This document shows positions 62,524 to 64,000 of a stretch of 64,000 bases of DNA, in pieces (the first letter of the stretch is position 1; every line of letters begins with the position of its first letter). Source of the stretch: Tricharina praecox (Eukaryota). The translations under genes and the position numbers were made by a program. Below the pieces are notes generated by a model. The model ran no database searches, was not told the origin of the DNA, and saw only the letters and a program-made list of their open reading frames with translations. The DNA lies in NCBI RefSeq assembly GCF_024521635.1, contig NW_026250412.1, positions 930,001 to 994,000 of the forward strand. The letters are read 5' to 3'.

Positions 62524-63167
62524 CGCGAGATGTCCGTGTGTTGTGCTTTCGCCAAGCGTGGTGGTGGTCGTGTCTGCGTGGTGAAGGTTTGGAGATATGG
62601 GGACTCGAGCGTCGCGCTGGTGGGACTGGGTTTTGGGGGTTTCTAGTTCTCGCTACAGGTGTCAAGGGTCAAGTAGGCTAGTGGGATTAGCGTACCACGT
62701 GACTCGATGGGCGCTAACTGGGCTCTTCATGCAGACCGATCACTCGCGCTTGGTTTCGTCTGTGACAGATATCCAAGCGACAGCGTTGAACTTACAGACC
62801 CTCGGACGGCGGTAAGTGAACCGCCGCCACCGAGCTGGCTACTCAGAAGGCAGACACGCTACTCGGCGTACGGGTGTCATGCTCATGCTACAGATCGGTC
62901 GAATGCACGATGATGAAACAAGCGAAGCGTTTAGGCTGATAACGCTCGGGGCTGTGGCGTCTACACATATCATTAGGCCGTTTCTTCGGTGGAGACGGAG
63001 ATGCCGGGCATCCATGGAACGTACTCCAGAGACGCAACCGAAGGTGGGGTAGGAGTCAAGGTGGAATGGAGAGCGGAATGTAAGCTCATACCGGTCGTTA
63101 ATATGATACATCCTACCTAGATAGCTTGCGCGTGTGGTGTCCTGGTGGTGGGCAGACGAAGTACCTA

Positions 63168-63333
63168 CTGTATAGTGAGGGGGGGGGGGTAAAAAATACG
63201 CTTTTTGGCGTCTCGGGACGGTTAAATAGCGTATAAATACGGTCAAAATACGTATTTTCACCGTATCGATACGCTTTTTTCCGTATCGGCATGGTCACAA
63301 AGCGTATTTTTTACCCTCCCCTTCACTATACAG
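63168..63333. mobile_element. 166-bp MITE with ~35-bp terminal inverted repeats and TA flanks (Tc1/mariner-like)
   Basis: Left TA|CTGTATAGTGAGGGGGGGGGGGTAAAAAATACGCTTT versus reverse complement of right TA|CTGTATAGTGAAGGGGAGGGTAAAAAATACGCTTT; no ORF. Confidence 0.8.
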
Positions 63334-63576
63334 TACTCAATGAAGCTCCATCGAGTTATGAAATTCCACAACAGCCATGAGGGGTCTATCACTGTATTTT
63401 GTGCGCAGGTCTACGGTGTCGAACACAGCTCTCAAGCATCTAGAGCGAACAAGATATGAAGAGAGAAACACTCTTAGTTGACCGGATAGAGCATGCTGTA
63501 AACCCATGCCTCAGATGATTCTCATCCTGTAGGTGTATCCATACTCCAGAATCCCGTCATTTCATTCTCCCTCCCC

Positions 63577-63918
63577 TCATCCGCCCACAATGATGCCCTT
63601 CCCCCTTGCAGACCCCTTCCTCCTCAGGCTGATCTTCCTTGCAAACCCCTCCTTCTTATCGTCCTCGACAATCTCAAAGATGTCCCGTCCCGTCTTCTTA
63701 CCGCGAGAAATGTCGACCCCGTTCCAGCACTCGCCCCAGCCGCGGTGGACCTCGAAAATAAAGCAACCGGACATCCCCAACAATACCGCGCCGCCAATGC
63801 AGCCCCACAGTAGATCACCCTCGAAGGTGCGGGTAACCCCGGATGTTACCCCGACGACGAGAATTAGAAGGATGACGGCTGGAATTGCTGAACGTTTGCT
63901 GGCAAGTGAGAATAGCAT
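63577..63918 (-). CDS. Small hypothetical membrane protein (two hydrophobic segments, basic tail)
   Basis: 113-aa ATG-initiated ORF in ACAATG context with two TM-like stretches. Confidence 0.5.
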   Translation of the reverse strand: MLFSLASKRSAIPAVILLILVVGVTSGVTRTFEGDLLWGCIGGAVLLGMSGCFIFEVHRGWGECWNGVDISRGKKTGRDIFEIVEDDKKEGFARKISLRRKGSARGKGIIVGG

Positions 63919-64000
63919 TGTGCTGTGCTGTGTTGTGGTGAAGGTACGCTGTGCGGCTGTGGTGATGGTTGTAAGATGGCGATGGTTGTGTGACGGTTGT

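Overview
Eukaryotic genomic DNA from a filamentous ascomycete (inferred from short GT-AG introns with CTRAC branch sites and from the protein families). It holds about 11 conserved genes: BBP/SF1, SEC63, RPS7, a TPR-DnaJ co-chaperone, a Rua1-type regulator, a SIP3/LAM-type BAR-PH-VASt protein, VAM7, RTG2, an MRS6-type Rab escort protein, DRN1/CWF19L1, a CDH-like GMC oxidoreductase and a coilin-like protein. There is also one tRNA-Asn(GTT). Two non-ordinary regions stand out. (i) A ~10 kb accessory island between VAM7 and the tRNA carries an intact stand-alone DIRS/Ngaro-type reverse transcriptase whose RNase H has lost two catalytic Asp and which has no visible gag, tyrosine recombinase or terminal repeats; nearby are a rearranged SRA/YDG gene, a decayed ORF and an orphan Cys-cluster protein. 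(ii) A ~12.6 kb microsatellite-rich gene desert lies upstream of the Rua1-type gene, which appears to have a long, twice-spliced, AUG-free 5' leader. A LINE RT relic (left edge) and a 166-bp TA-flanked MITE (right edge) are also visible. All family calls come from manual motif recognition; no database search was run.
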